Part shown: positions 1 to 13,483 of the stretch, piece after piece
Position numbering within the stretch: the first letter of the stretch is position 1
Layout: every line of letters begins with the position of its first letter
DNA from: Phaeosaccion multiseriatum
Taxonomy: Eukaryota; Protista; Ochrophyta, other classes
NCBI GenBank assembly: GCA_965112735.1
Contig: OZ218959.1
Location: 3,100,001 to 3,164,000 of the forward strand
DNA length: 64,000 bases
Direction of reading: 5' to 3'
Notes under the pieces: model-generated
Database searches by the model: none
The model's input: only the letters and a program-made list of their open reading frames with translations
Told to the model about the DNA's origin: nothing
Position numbers and translations under genes: made by a program

Positions 1-6
1 ACGTAC

Positions 7-1815
7 CTCTCCCAGGGCCTTCTCCAACCACAGCTCCAGCTGTCGCTGCGAGGCACGAGACTCACGCACATCTCCGACAGCGGCCTTGGCATCCCTTTCG
101 CAGTCCTTTGCCGTGGCCTCTGCCTGCTCGGCCCTGACCTTGGCAATAGAGAGCTGGTGCGCGCAGCTTCGGGCCTTGGCTTGGTACTCAGCCAGAGCGG
201 CTTGAGCGTGAGCTGCCTTCCCCTCTTCCACCCGCAAGAGGGCCTCTAGAGACGCCACTTTGACCATGAGCAGCTCCAGGTCCTCTTCTTGGCCGCTCGT
301 GCATTGCAGCTGTTTGTGTTCAAGTGTGAAAGTGTGCAGGGAGGTGGGGGTAAATGTGCAGGTGCAGCGGTTGGTTGTTCGTCAGTCGGTCGGGTCGGTC
401 AGTCAGTCAGACAGTCAAGAAAGCACGTGTGCTGGTGTTGTTGCGTCGGAAAGAGAGAGAGAGAGAGAGGATGGGACACAGAGAGAAGGAGAAAGGGAGC
501 GCCCCATGTAGCCACCTCAGCCTCGGGATGGACCCACCTCCTTCCTCATTCGCTCGATGTCACATTCCCGCTCCCGCTTGGCCTCCTCTGCTGCGGCAAG
601 GTCTGCCCCCATCTCCTCCAAGGCCTGCTCCAAGCCCTCCACTGCCATCCTCCGGCCCGCCGCAGCAGACAGGTGTGCTCGGGCCTCTGCCGCCTCTGCC
701 TCCTCCGCCGCCGCTTCTTTTGCGCTCTCCACTGCCGCTGCCACTGCCGCTGCCACTCTCTTCTCCACATCTCCTGGCCAGAGGACCTCCACCTCAGTAG
801 TCTGTGTCATCATCGCGTGACCAACGCACTCAACTGGCGGCGGCGGCCGAGCTTCCAACTCGCACACCTGCTGTTGGAGCTCCTCCACGCGCGCTTCATA
901 CGCCAGCCTCATGGCCTCTCTCACCTCCGAAACCGTTACCTCTGCCTCCTGCCTGACCTGCAGCAGCTCGGCCTCGTGCGCTTGCCTCATCGTGTCTTGT
1001 TGCTCCTTGTGGGCTTGCCTCATTCTTTCGTATTGCTCTTCTGCTGTCGTTGCTGCCGCTGCCGCTTCTTCCGCCGCTTTGCCCACCTGTTCTCGCAAGT
1101 GCTGCTCCTCCTTCTTCCAGTCCGCTTGTAGATCTGCCCTCTTCTTTGCCCACTCGAGCCGCTCCTTCCTAAAGGAGGACTTTTGCACCAACAGGTCCGC
1201 CTGAAGGGCCTCTTTGCCACCCATGCACCGCTCCAGCTCGGCTTGCATCTCTGCTACCTTGGCTTCGTAGTCGGCCTTCACAGCAGCGGTTATAATCGTT
1301 GCTGGGGTGAGGGAACGGTGTTTGGAGGAGGGCCGAGGAGAAGGAGGAGGGGGTTTGGAGAGGGATGGTAAAAAAAAGATCTGGACAGTGACGCCCAAGC
1401 ATCAATCCTCTCCCTTCATTTGCATTGATGAGCTATGAGTGGGAAATTCATCGATAAGTCTAGAAAGAATGAGTGGGTATGGTTTATCGCCAGTGCTGCT
1501 GCTGCTGCTGCTGCTGCTTCTTCTACACTCTACACTCTTCCACTTACATATTTGCTGCAGAGATGCAGAGTCATGCCTCTGCTTTGCCGTTGGAGAAGGG
1601 AATGCCACCACCGCATTTTCCTCTTCAAGGTCGTATGGCCTAAAAGACAGCTCACTTACGCCATCCTCTTCCTCTGCACTTGCTTCCCCATCCCCCTCTC
1701 TCTCCTCCCCCATCCGGCAGTTGGGCGATGATTTTTTTTGTCCATCCACTCCTCGTGAAGCCGCCGGGGCTAGCGGCCCAAGGAAGGCACCAGAGCCTTC
1801 TTGGTCTCCATCCAT
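7..1815 (-). CDS. Coiled-coil protein of unknown function, 3' end outside window; exons 1815-1548, 1301-538, 309-7
   Basis: GT-AG junctions join ORFs 1402..1815 and 517..1398 and an open frame 309-7 in phase; E/A/K/Q-rich heptad-like sequence; donor GTACGT at 6-1 shows the gene continues past the window edge. Confidence 0.7.
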
Positions 1816-2133
1816 TCTCCCGTATCTCCTCCGTTATTGGCTCTTCGGCTTCTGGGATTTACTTTTCCCGTGGCTGTCCCTTTGAATATGGATATCGATA
1901 TGGGCATCGATTATTCAGCTGCGATTCTTCTCCCTCGTGGGTCACAGAAAGTCGATGGAGCCGTTGGTTCTCTGGGCGCCACGAAGTTGGGAACTGACTG
2001 AAGAACTTGCGACGTTCCACCGGGTGGGGCATTAAGTAGCGATTGAAAGAGGAATTGCAGGGGCAGGACGTGTAAAGTTTGAAGTGGAGGATGATGCTGA
2101 TGTAGTGAGAGCATTACGCCTTGGGAGGCGGGC

Positions 2134-3306
2134 ATGAAGCGGCCGAGGAGCCTGCCGAGGGGGGGAGCGGAAGGACACGCAGTGAGGGGCGGAGATGGCT
2201 TCTCGCTGCTCCCTCTGCACCAGGTGAGGGGTCACAGAGGGAATCGCTTGTCGAGTCGGGGAGTAGGCGCTCGCCGGCTGCACGCCTTTCGTCACTGACA
2301 TGGAAAAACTGCCTTGGTTCCGTTCTTACCCTCCGCCCTCGGCTCTCCCTGCCCTTTCTTGCTTGCCCCTTTGCCACTCTGCGCCTTAATCTCCCCCCTC
2401 CTACAACACTTTCCGCTTCTCATTCCACCCATCTGACTTGTTCAGGTGGATCGGAACAACGTGCTGAGGGCCATCAGCTACCTTCGCTTCCTCCAGGAGG
2501 ACGCTCGACTCATCCTCGCCTCAGAGTATCTCGCCAGGGTGGAGCAGATTGTCTACAACGAGGACAATGCCAAGAAGAGCCAAGTGAGTACAACGCGTAC
2601 TTGCTTGTTGATTTGTTGGGGCTTTGATGTCCACGGGCCAATTCTTTGCATAAGTTGCATTCCTTGTATACTCTTCAAAGACACCCTCTCTCGCCACACT
2701 GACTCGAGGGGAATGTGCGCGTACAAAGGTGCTTGGTGGGCCCACCCACTGACACGGTATTGCGCCCAAGACAAATTGATGAGCTTGAAAAAGAGCAGGG
2801 CTCCGCTGAACTGAATTGAACTGAACGGAACGATTGCGTTTGTTTCCATCACGGCATGCACAGGTGCGGCAAGCGAAGGAGATGCTGGAAGGCCCTTCCT
2901 TAAAACCCTTTTTCGATGAACTCAAAGTGCGTGCCGACGAATGCAGAGACACTCTGAAGGACTGGGACAGCACCAACTGGACCCTTGCTAGCAGCGTCAT
3001 GGGAGTCAACACCTTCTATAAAAGGGATCCCGTGGACGGGTCGCTGTGGGTGAAGCTTAATGGAGTGATGAAGGACGTTCCTGTCATTGACCAGATGGCA
3101 ACTGTCAGGGAGGTAGACCTGTTCGACTTGTGGGTGCCCTTCTGCAACAAGGTGAGGGATGGGGAGGTGTGCGTGTGTGTGTGGGGGGGGGGGGTTGGGG
3201 GGTGTATGTGGCTTAGCTGTGCACAGCAGCGCCGCTTTTGAGACTTCTTCCTCACCAACTCATGTTGTTTGACCCCCCCCCCCTCCCCCCCTTGGCGCTC
3301 TTGCGG

Positions 3307-3346
<40 letters not shown>

Positions 3347-6300
3347 CTCGCGGTACTTGCGATGACAGTCGCACTTACTCAAACGTCTGGGGAGGGTGGA
3401 AGTGTTGAGCTATTTTAGCATCAGCGTGCCAGGAATCCCAGGCCGAGACGCGGCTATCCATGCCTATGCATGTGACTGCATGGTGGAGGAGAACTGTATC
3501 CTTATTCAGGGCTGTTCACAAGACTCATGGCCCGGTGTGGAGGTGAGAGAGCGGAGGCGGAGAAGGAGGAGGACGGGGTGAAGGGAGGGCGAGGAGGGCA
3601 GTGGCAACGAAGATCAAGACCTGCGGAGGACAGGCATCAGAGAGAGCCTTGGGGCTTACAAAACGATCGACTCGCTTATCCCGTATCGCCATCACTTCAC
3701 TCTCTCTCTCTCTGCCTCGTTTGATGAGAATCAATCCTCTCATCTCAACTCAAACTCAATGGAATCAATACCTCACGAACACAGATCCCGCGGCTCAAGG
3801 GCTGGGGTGCCGCTCGTATGCAAGTCAACGGCTTCAAGGCTCGTATTGAAGTGCTAAGCCCCACCGCAGCCAACACCTCCATCATCGCCAACATTGACCC
3901 TAAGGTAGAGGTGCCCGCACACGCACCCACACACACGCACTCACGCACGCACTCACATAGGCTCTCCCTCTCTCTCCCCCTCCCCCACCCCCTTCTCCCC
4001 CCTCTCTCTGACTGTCTCTCCAAGGTCCCCTTGCCTCAGCAGCTCATCGACTTTGTCATGAAACGGGCGGCAGGGATGATGCTATACTTCCTCTCCAAGG
4101 CCGCAAAGGGCATCTCCAGCAATGTCGGCAACCCCCACAGGTCAGGAGGTCAGGGCAGGGGAGTGAAGAGGCGATGGAATGGAGGGGTATGGGACCAGGG
4201 ATTGGCATGCGATGTGTTATTTAGAGTTTGGATGACCAGGTTCATTAAACTGAAACTGTCTACTCTTTCTCTCTTGTGCCTACTGTGTATCACCAATTGC
4301 TGTACTCACAGGCGGCGTATCATGGAGGACTTTGAGTTCTATCGTGAGTGGATGCTTCCCAAGTTCGAGCAGTATTACCTCGGCAAGGGGTGGGAGATGC
4401 AGGTGCCTGACTATGTGAGGGGAGAACAGGGGACCAGTAGCGGCAACTACAGCAGCTATGATAAAGGAGGAGGAAGAGGAGGAGGAGGAGGAGGAGGAGG
4501 AGGCGGATGGAGAGGAGGAGGAGGAGGAGGAGGAAGAGGAGGATGGGAAGGGGGAGAAGGAGCCGCAGAGCTCGGAAGATCGAGTCCTTGGAGGAGGTTA
4601 TCACGGAGTCAAGACTCACGGAAGAGCAGCGTCAGCCGGAGCTTGCCAGGATGGGTGGGTAGCAAGCGTCCTGCGCGGAGTATTGACGAGAGAGACGGGG
4701 GACAGAGAGGTGGTGGCACGGGAGGACAGGATGGAATCTTTGCGAGAGTGGCCCGAAAAGTGAGCGGGTTGGGGATGAAGAGAAGACGAGGGGAGAAGCG
4801 GAGGTGGGGCACTATTGGTGGGAAGAGTGCCAATCAGAGGACCACCAAGAGGGGCGCTTCTGCCGACCGAGACGCCCCTCCTTCCGTAGACTCGCTTGGT
4901 CTCGAACCGTCCCTGGTAAAGCAATACAAGCAATGGGTCGCCGAGAGGACGGAGCGGCGGGAGAGAGAGAGCCAGACGCGGGCGATGGCACCAGACGGGG
5001 GTGGTGGTGGTTCCCACCCCGGGGCTCTCGGTGGCTCGAGCTGCAGCGGCAGTGGGGATGATGATGATGACGATGATGGCCCGTGGGGTAACAGCTGGTT
5101 GTGCTGGCTAGGGTGGCTGGGGTCGCTACGTTGGCTGCGCAGACTGCTTGTCTCGCCCACCTGGTGGGATTGCAGAAGCCTGGGGCGGGCACTGGCTCCC
5201 CCTGTGGCGTTGCTCGTGTTGTACTGGACCGCCACACGCAACAGACATGTGGTGCGTCTGCTGAGGATAGTGGCAGGCGCGCTTCCCCTCCCCCTTGCCC
5301 TGCTTTCTCCGGCTCTTCGGGCGGTGCTGGCGGTGTTGGTAGAGGGTATAGAGGTGCTTTGGGGCGTGGCTCTGTACCAAATGACTTTGCGGCGTATGGG
5401 AATGGGCGCGTTTGATGGGTTGGCTGGGCACAAGAAGAAGGTTCCTGCGATTAGTAGCACCACAGGAGCAGTAGCAGCTGTGGCAGGAGGAGCAACAGCA
5501 ACAGCAGGAGGAGGAGCAGCAGCAGGAGGAGCAGCAGCAGGAGGAGGAGCACCACCAGCAGCAGCCGCAGGAGGAGGAGGAGGGAGAGGAGGAGGAGGGG
5601 GAGGGGAAGCAAAGAGAGGAGGGTATGGGGCTGGTGGTGGTGGTGGGGGTGGTGGTAGTTCGGTGAGGGCTACAAGCGTAAGCAGCGTAGGAAGCGGAAG
5701 GAGCGAGCGCGAGAAGAACAAGCCCCACGACTTGAGGAGGAGCCACTACCCACCGCCCATCCCGCCGCCAAAGCAGTTGGTGGTACAGCAGCAGCAGCAG
5801 CAGCAGCGGCAGAAGGAAGAGGAGGAAGAAGCTCCCACCGAGGAGGCGGACTTGAGTTTCAGTTCCATGCGCTTCACGCGAGAGCTGTTTGGTGCGACCC
5901 TACGGCGCTACGTCACGCTCAGCGCCTTGTTCTTCACGGCTCTGGCGGTTGCCATAGTGGCGCTCTCCGGGATGGGCTTGGGTGCTGCTTCTGCTCCTGC
6001 CGCATCAGCATCAATGCCAGAGTCAGAGCCAGCAGCTTCTTCTTCAGAGGGCGACGCGTGTACCTACCCCGCAAGCAGCAGCGAGGGCTTCTTCTCCTTC
6101 TTGTACGAGGCCGCGGCCTTTCTCGGGCCTTGGCTGGCCTGGTGTGCGGGTGTTTGCCTCGCGGTGGCGCGTGTACTGCGGCGTCTGGAGGGCGGCGCGG
6201 TGCTCCTTGCCGCCTCGCTCTGTGCGGCCGTGAGGTATGCAGGGTACCGAGTGCGCCTACCGCCCACAAAGAGCAGCGGCGGCAGCGGCAGTGGCAAGGA

Positions 6301-6358
6301 TGGGGTTGCTATGTCTCTATTGGATCATACCAACAGCAAGACAAACACTATGCGGTGA
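2134..6358 (+). CDS. START/SRPBCC lipid-binding domain protein with long low-complexity, hydrophobic C-terminus (~990 aa); exons 2134-2223, 2446-2583, 2864-3151, 3369-3542, 3785-3904, 4025-4140, 4312-6358
   Basis: All junctions are GT-AG and in phase; START-like motifs W..GVNTFYK, ATVREVDLFDLWVPFC, GRDAAIHAYACD, IANIDPKVPLPQQLIDFVMK. Confidence 0.75.
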
Positions 6359-6925
6359 CTGGGACTTTAGGAGGGGAGGGATGGCAGTTCATGGGAAGTA
6401 CTTGCTGTTGCTATTGCTCCATTGGAGTAGGCACAGAAACTTCGATATGGACTCCCGTTTGCTTAAGGTGTTCGACATTGATAAGGTAACATCAACGACA
6501 AAATGAAAGCTGCCATTGCCGCAGCAGGGGAGGGAGGGGGCGTTGATAAGCTTATCAGGTCAGGTCCACGCGGATGCGGGATGCTTGTCATTCCTCTTTC
6601 GATGAAGGGCAATTTAATTAATTAACTAATTAAAATATATGTGCACACTTGCAGCCGCAACGCTTCCCTCATACAATTAAGTAATTCTTGGGTTAATTCC
6701 AGATAACGTGTTCCTGCTCTCACGTAAGCACACGCTATCTCACTCCAAGCTAAATCCGACCGAGGAGGAGGAGGAGCAGGAGGAGGAGACGGGACAGAAT
6801 GCGCACTCCAAATGTAAGAAAGGGACCATCTGAATGTCCCTTCCTTACATATGCCGAGTGCGTTTCTATCCCGTCTCCTCTCCTCCTCCTCTTCCTTAAG
6901 CAACGAAGAATGCGCTCGCTGCCTC

Positions 6926-6970
<45 letters not shown>

Positions 6971-7064
6971 CAACAACTGCACTATCGAGAGAGGAGAAAG
7001 GAGACTGCTTTCGGGCGGCCGACCCACTCACAGATGGACATGCACACATACATACATGCGTCAC

Positions 7065-9187
7065 CTAAGATGCGGCCTCGCTCTTGTTGCCCCTTCTCCG
7101 CCGTCTCTTCTTGGCCTGCGGCTCCTCGCCCCTCCCACCTCCTCCACCCCCGGCTACCTGTTCCTGGTCTCCTTGGCCATCTCCTCCTCCTCCTCCTCCT
7201 CCTCCCGACCCCTCCCCCCCTCTCCGGCGGTCCATTGTCCTCTTCATCTTCTTCTTCATCGACAGAGGATTCGCTCCCTTGGCCACGCTCCGAATCCGCT
7301 TGCCTGTGCCCTGTGCCTTTCTCTTTTCTCTCGCCTGCTCCTTCACCTGTGAATCCAATCAATTCGATTCGATTTGACAAAAGGTTCAATCCCACAACCA
7401 CGACCATCCAATCCCCCACCACCCCCCACCGCCACCATTTTTAGTAGCAAGAGGAGGACGAGGAGGAGGAGAAGGAGGAGGAGGAGGAGGAGGAGAAGGA
7501 GGAGAAGGATGAGGAGGAGGAGGAGAAGGAGAAGAAGAAGAAGAAGAAGAAGAAGAAGAAGAAGAAGAAGAAGAAGAAGAAGAAGAAGAAGAAGAAGAAG
7601 AAGAAGAAGAAGAAGAAGAAGAAGAAGAAGAAGGAGGAAGAGGAGGAGGAGGAGGAGGAGGAGGAGGAGGAGGAGGAGGAGGAGGAGGAGGAGGAGAAGG
7701 AGAAGGAGGAGGAGGAGGAGGAGGAGCAGCGCAGAGTAGGACGTTAGTAATTCGGAGTGAGGCATGGTCTAGAGCATGTGGAGGATGGGCATCGGTCGGG
7801 AGGATAGGGGGGGGGAGGGGCTGCAGGATGGAGAAGCGCCGGACAAGCGCCGGACAAGCGCGAGCGCAACAATGGCAAATCAAAGCACTAGAGGAGCACA
7901 AAGAAGAGGAAGGAAGAGACATCCATGGATTCTTGGATAAGCACAGGCCTTGGGATCAAATAATCGGTCAGTCAGTTGCGGCTCCGATCGGCCGCATCAA
8001 CATCAACCACGAAGGGAAACTGTGAGACAAGGGCCTAAACCACGAAGGAAGTGAGGAAGGAAGGAAGGAAGGAAGGCCGGGGAAACAAACAACCTCGCTT
8101 GTCGTCGAGGATGCAAAAAGTCCCCCGAGACTGCTTCGCCCTGCGCTCACCTCGCTCCAAGCTTGCTTGACTGCCAGTTCCTCCTCCTCGGTGACCCCCA
8201 CTTTCTTCCTCTCCATCTTGTCAAACTCCACCCTGGCCCTTCCGCTGGGCTTCTCCATCAGCAGCACGGTCCTGCTGAAGAAGAGGAGCGGCACCCCCGC
8301 CACTCCCCTGATCTTTTCCCGCAACTCCTCGTCCTGTGTGGCTACCACATACTTTTCCGCATTGTCCTCCCCTACCAAAGCTTGTATTTGCTCCGCAGGG
8401 TTCGTGTCACTACTATTATCACCATCACCACCACCGCCGTCTCCCTCCTCATCTCCTCCATGCTGCTGCCCCTGCCCCTTGTGCCCTCCCCCGACAGCAC
8501 GACACCGCTTGCGAGCGAACTCATGAGCCTGTCGGAAGGGCTCGCCCAAGGCCGCAAGCTCTCCAATGGCACTGGTGGGGACAAACAGACGGAACTTGGT
8601 GCTTCCCAGCACACTTGCCAGGCGTGCGTCCACATCCACCTTGGTGGATACGCATGTGTGGATGAAGTTACCGTCTAAGAGGACCTGAGGGAGTTGCAGG
8701 GGGGGGGGGTGAGGAGAGGACAGGCGGGGCGAGGCGTAGAGTCAGATGGAAGGACAAAAGAGAGAGAGAGGAGAGAGTGCGGAATAAGAAAGACGTGGGG
8801 AGAACAGAGAAGTAGAAGGGGAAAGGAGAGAGGGCGCAAGAGATAAAAAGGGGGAGGGGACGAGGTACAAAGAGAGAGAGAGAGAGAGAGAGAGGGAGAC
8901 ACACAGTAAAAAAAGGGAGAAGAAAAAGAAAGATTGAAAGAGGAGATGAAGAGGGATAAATAAACGACGTTGGAGAGAGGGGAAAGTGTGGGACAAGAAA
9001 GTTGTGGGGAGGAGAGAGGGCGCGAGAGACACATAGGGGAAGAGGGGGCGAAGACAGGGATCGAAAGAGGGATCACGGAGGGGAAAGGGATCACGACATC
9101 GCCTACCTTGTATGGTGGAGTGACACCGTAGACGAGACGATAGAAGCGTAGATGCTTACGGTACTGCTTAGCTCGATTGACCCTCAT
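7065..9187 (-). CDS. UTP23: rRNA-processing PIN-domain protein UTP23 (~298 aa); exons 9187-9107, 8684-8151, 7346-7065
   Basis: MRVNRAKQYRKHLRFY..PPYKVLLDGNF, YVVATQDEELREKIR.VAGVPL and the C-terminal AKGANPLSMKKK motif typical of UTP23. Confidence 0.9.
7450..7725. repeat. (GGA)n/(GAA)n trinucleotide microsatellite in UTP23 intron 2
   Basis: Directly visible pure GAA run flanked by GGA runs. Confidence 0.95.
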
Positions 9188-9503
9188 CGCTCTGGTTATG
9201 GAGGCCGATGGCAATTGGAGAGAGGGCCTCGGCCGGCCGAGCCAGCCAAAAAGTTTCTAGTTTCAGTGCATTGGCCTTCCTCCTCCCTCCCCTCCTCCTC
9301 CCCTCTTCCTCTCCTCTTCCTCTCCTTTTTCCCTTTTATCGCAGCAACACTTGTCCGCTCTTTGATCGCCTGATCAAGCAAGTGAGCAAGGCCAGCATTT
9401 AAAAAAAGTTGTTCACAGCGCTTTGCTCGTCTCTCTCTACCCACAGTTTCCTCCAAGTCCCTCACTCCCTCCCTCTCCCCCTCTACTCCTCTACATGCCG
9501 CTG

Positions 9504-12500
9504 CTAGCTAGTGCCGTTCATCAGCAGCCCTGCCTGGGCCGGGGGAGGGGGAGGTCCCACCGCCTTGGCTTGCCTGAGGAAGTCCTGCAAAGCGTTGAGG
9601 CGCTTGTCAATCTCGGACATCTCACCCCCCCCAACCCCACCGTCTGCGCTGCCCCGGACCACCAATCCGCTGCTGCGCACACTGTCATTTCCTCCTCCTC
9701 CTCCTCCTGCTGCTGCTGCTGCTGCCGCACGGCCAACCCCCTCCCCGGCGCTGGCCTGCTGTTGTCGCACCTGCATCTGGCCGCTGGCCCTGAGCGCTTC
9801 CTCCGCGTCTCTTTCCTCTTCTTGCGGAGTCCTCACCGCCACTCTCTTGCCCCCCCCGCCCCCACCCCCTCCTCCCCACCCACTCCCCTCTCGGCTGCTC
9901 CTCAAGTCCCCACTCTCGCGGAGGCTGCTCCTTAGAGTGCCATCTCGGTGAAAGTCCACCGCCATCCTACCTGCTCCTCCCCCTCCCTCTCCCCTACCGA
10001 TAGGACTGCGACTGCCCCGCCTGCTGTTGCCTCCCTCCCCTCGTGAAGATCTCGTCAGGTGGTAGTAATGGCTGGAGGTGCTGCTGCGGTGCTTCGACTC
10101 CGTGGCAGGCCTTGAGCGGCGAGAGGCGCCACGATAACTGCCGCCAGAAGGAGAGTCCAGAGAAGAGGGAGGCCCACCGCCGCCGCCACCACCATCACCA
10201 CCAGTTGGTGATACAGCAGCCGCTGCTCCGCTCCCTTGGGGCCTGGGTCTTCGCCGCCGGTGAGAGGAGGAGTGTGAGTGCTGAGATGACCGCCCTTCTC
10301 CCCCTTCCGAATGCCGCGCCACACCAATAGAAGACGACGACGCCGCACCACCACCATGCGACCTTCTGCCGGACCTTCCCGAGACCCGCGAAGATGCGTT
10401 GGATCCGGCCGAGCTGTACCCCGCAGTGAAGCTTCTGTGGTCCCTTCCCTCCCGTCCATCGGCCCTCTGCCTCGCTCTCCTCGATTGGGACGCACTCCCG
10501 ATGCTGCCGCCACTCCCCCGCCCCACCCCGCCCCCGCCTCGCTCTCTGCTGCTACCCACACTGCCAACACGGCCGCTGCCTCCCCCTCCGTCTGTCGTGT
10601 CTGCTCCTCTGGGCCTCAGCCAAGCCGATCTCTTATCTTGCCCACCTTGTATGATGCCAGTACGCTCCCTCCTCCTCCTGTCCTCCGCCTGTCTGCGCAG
10701 CTTCGCCTCCTTCTCCTTCTGATACCTCGTCGGATCAAAGGCCGGCGGTGGGGTGAGACTCCTTGTACGGCGCTGCTGCCCCCTGTGCCCAGCAGAGGCA
10801 GCCGAAGAGGGCGACACGGCAGCAGACCGGCTCCTCCGAGCCTGATGGTGGCCTGGGCTGGATGAGGTAGCCGTGGTCGTCCTCTCTCGCCTCCTTCTGC
10901 TGCTCACACTGGGCCGCCTACTCCGTCTCCCACCCCCGGTCCCCGCGCTGCTGTCGGAGCCGTACGCACTACTGCTCCCCCCTGGACTTGTCGCTCTCGA
11001 GTAAGCGTGCTGCCGCGAAGACGCCCTCGAAGAAGACCAAGGACGATGCTGCTCGGAATGTGCCTGTGACTGGGAATGCGACTGACGAGGAGGATCGGTC
11101 CTCCGCAGGCGATGGCGAGAAGTGCTGCTGGTGGTGCCGCCAAAGTATCCACCGGTGGTAGCGCCACCCCTTGGACTGCTCCGCCTACTACTGCCACCAA
11201 CGCTGCCTTGGCTCGAGCGACCACGCTCCTGCTGCTGACGAGCCCTTGCGGGGGAGGAGGAGGAGGCATACCCACTGCTCCTACCCCTACCACTGCCGTT
11301 GGCCTTGACCTTCTCGTAGGCCGACAACTTGCGCGACACCTCCCGCAACTTGCTCCGAAGGCGGCGGTTCTCGTCCAGGCTTCGCACTCCCTCGTCCCTC
11401 AAGGCACTCACCTCCCTCTGGTGCTTGATTCTCGCCGTCTCGAGATCGTTGCGACAGTCCTCCACCTCTCCGTGCAGCACCTGAACCCTCTTTTTGAGAG
11501 CGCTCGCGCCCGACAAGGCGGAGGAAGACGCCTCCTTGATCTCTCTTTTGAGCCTCCGAATCTCTTTGGCAGACTCTGTGCGCATCACCTCCAGCTCCTC
11601 CTCCGCCTGCCCCAGGCGGTCTTGAAGCTCCTCTATGACACGCTTGGCCTTGGCGCTAATGGTCTGTTGCTGTTGCTGCTGCTGCTGCTGCTGGGAGGAG
11701 CCCCTGGCCTGGTTCTGCTGCTGCAAGCTTGCCACTTTCCGCTTCAGCTCAGCATTCTCCCCACTGAGTCGATCCAAGCTTGCTCTCATCGCCGCATCTT
11801 CCCTGCCCCCCCCCCTGCCGCCCACGCCGCCGCCGCCCCGCCTCGCTTCCCCCATCTCCCTCCTCAGCCTACCAATCGTCCTCTGCAAAGCCTCAGCAGA
11901 AGGCCTCTCTTCAAAGGCCAGTGGAAGCGGGTAGTGTATCCGATCGAACTCCACTGCGTAGGTGAGGATGAGGTACCGCTTGGTGCTTGCGCGGGAGCTC
12001 ACAGCGCTTGAAAGGGACACTGCACCACTCCCACCCCCCCCTCCACCACCCCCTGCGGCTGCCGCTGCCCCAAATCGGCGGGCCTTCAGCATCTCAAGGT
12101 CTGTGTGTGTGTGAGGTGTAACGCGTGTTCGGGGAAGAGGCAAGACACGAGAAAAGCAAAATGTGGAATGAGCCAGGTGGAGAGGCCTCCCGCGTCTGTG
12201 CTTTTGCGAAAACTCTCTTGTCGTCCGTTTCTCGCCCTCCCTTTCAGCTCCCTCCCTGCCTGGCTCTAAGCCTGCTCGCCTCACCTGCGAAGGTAAGGAG
12301 GTCAACGAACACACTGTCGCTGCTCCCCTCCAGGGCGGTGCTGAGCATCTTGACAAACACGGCGAACTTCTTGAAGTTCCCAGTCTTGTGAGTGATCTCC
12401 TCCACATCTATCGAGAGGGGACCGAGAAGGGGGCCGGGGATGAGGTTAGGGTTGAGGGAGAGTGAGCCAACCAATCACTGAAGAGAGCAGTAGAGATTGT

Positions 12501-12914
12501 TCCAAAGAGCCGTAAGAATGGCATGCATGTTCATTATACAGCTGAGGAAGGAAGTGCAGCGCTCACATTTGGCGGAGAAGGTGCCTGCCCAGCGGTCGTT
12601 GGTGCTGTCTGTCTCTGCTTCTATCCGTAGCACGCCTTGTTGGCTCGCCAGGGACGTGTTGATCACGTAGGTCACACTGTTTTGGGAAGCGAAAGCAAAG
12701 ATTGGATGCTGAGGAACGCAGTATGTGCACGGAGACGCACCGAGACGAGGTGCTGGTGCTGTGGTGGAGAGGGTGGTGATCGTCGTGGTCCTTTGCTCCC
12801 ACCAAGACCCTGCCTACCCTGCCTTTCCCATGCCCCACAACGCGAAGAGGGCCCCCTCTCCATCAATCTCCCTCTCCCTCCCTCCGCCTTCTTACCCGTG
12901 GAAAGTGAGCTCAT
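9504..12914 (-). CDS. CCDC61: CCDC61/VFL3-like centriolar coiled-coil protein; exons ...-12567, 12407-12285, 12100-9504; 5' exon(s) uncertain (candidate ATG 12914)
   Basis: DRWAGTFSAKYVEEITHKTGNFKKFAVFVKMLSTALEGSSDSVFVDLLTFADLEMLK, KRYLILTYAVEFDRIHYPLPL, FDPT.Y and the C-terminal EMSEIDKRLNALQDFL match CCDC61. Confidence 0.88.
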
Positions 12915-13483
12915 TGGTTTGCTGAAAGTCCTGCAAACTGCCCATCCTGTCCTGCAGAAAGAACCGCCAGTCTGCCCGCCCTCTGGGCCCTGATTATTCT
13001 ACATGGAAGAAACAGAGTTTGTGTGCTTTGCTCCCAGCCTTCTCCTCCGCGCGCCCGGCTGCAAGTGGGTGCTGGCTGATAGCTGTGTTAAACCTTTTGC
13101 CGTTTGCTCTCCGTCTTCTATATTTCCCCTGCCTTTGCCCTTTTGTCCTTTCCCACCAGCAAATACCTACGCGAGGGTTTCGTAAACACCTGGACACGAC
13201 TCCCCTTGTATTCCTCTTTTTTGCTGGGGCTTCAGCGCAATCGCTCTGTTCTTGCTTTTGCTCTTGTCGCCCGCCTTTCAAACGCGATGGTATCACAGTA
13301 AGTCAACGATTTCGATAGTCCGATTTGGGCTCGGCCCGCCATTTTGTGTCGAGGGGTGCAGAGGCTTTTAGAGAACCCCGCCGTTGACTAAGAAAAGAAC
13401 AGCCGCAGCCTCTCGTCGCGCGTACTGCTGCTGCTTAGGGTGGACTTGACGGAAGGAGGAGTTGTCGACTGCTTGAGGCAAGG

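Noticed and set aside
7343-7922. Poly-L/poly-R/poly-P ORFs
   Set aside because: Translations of an intronic trinucleotide microsatellite
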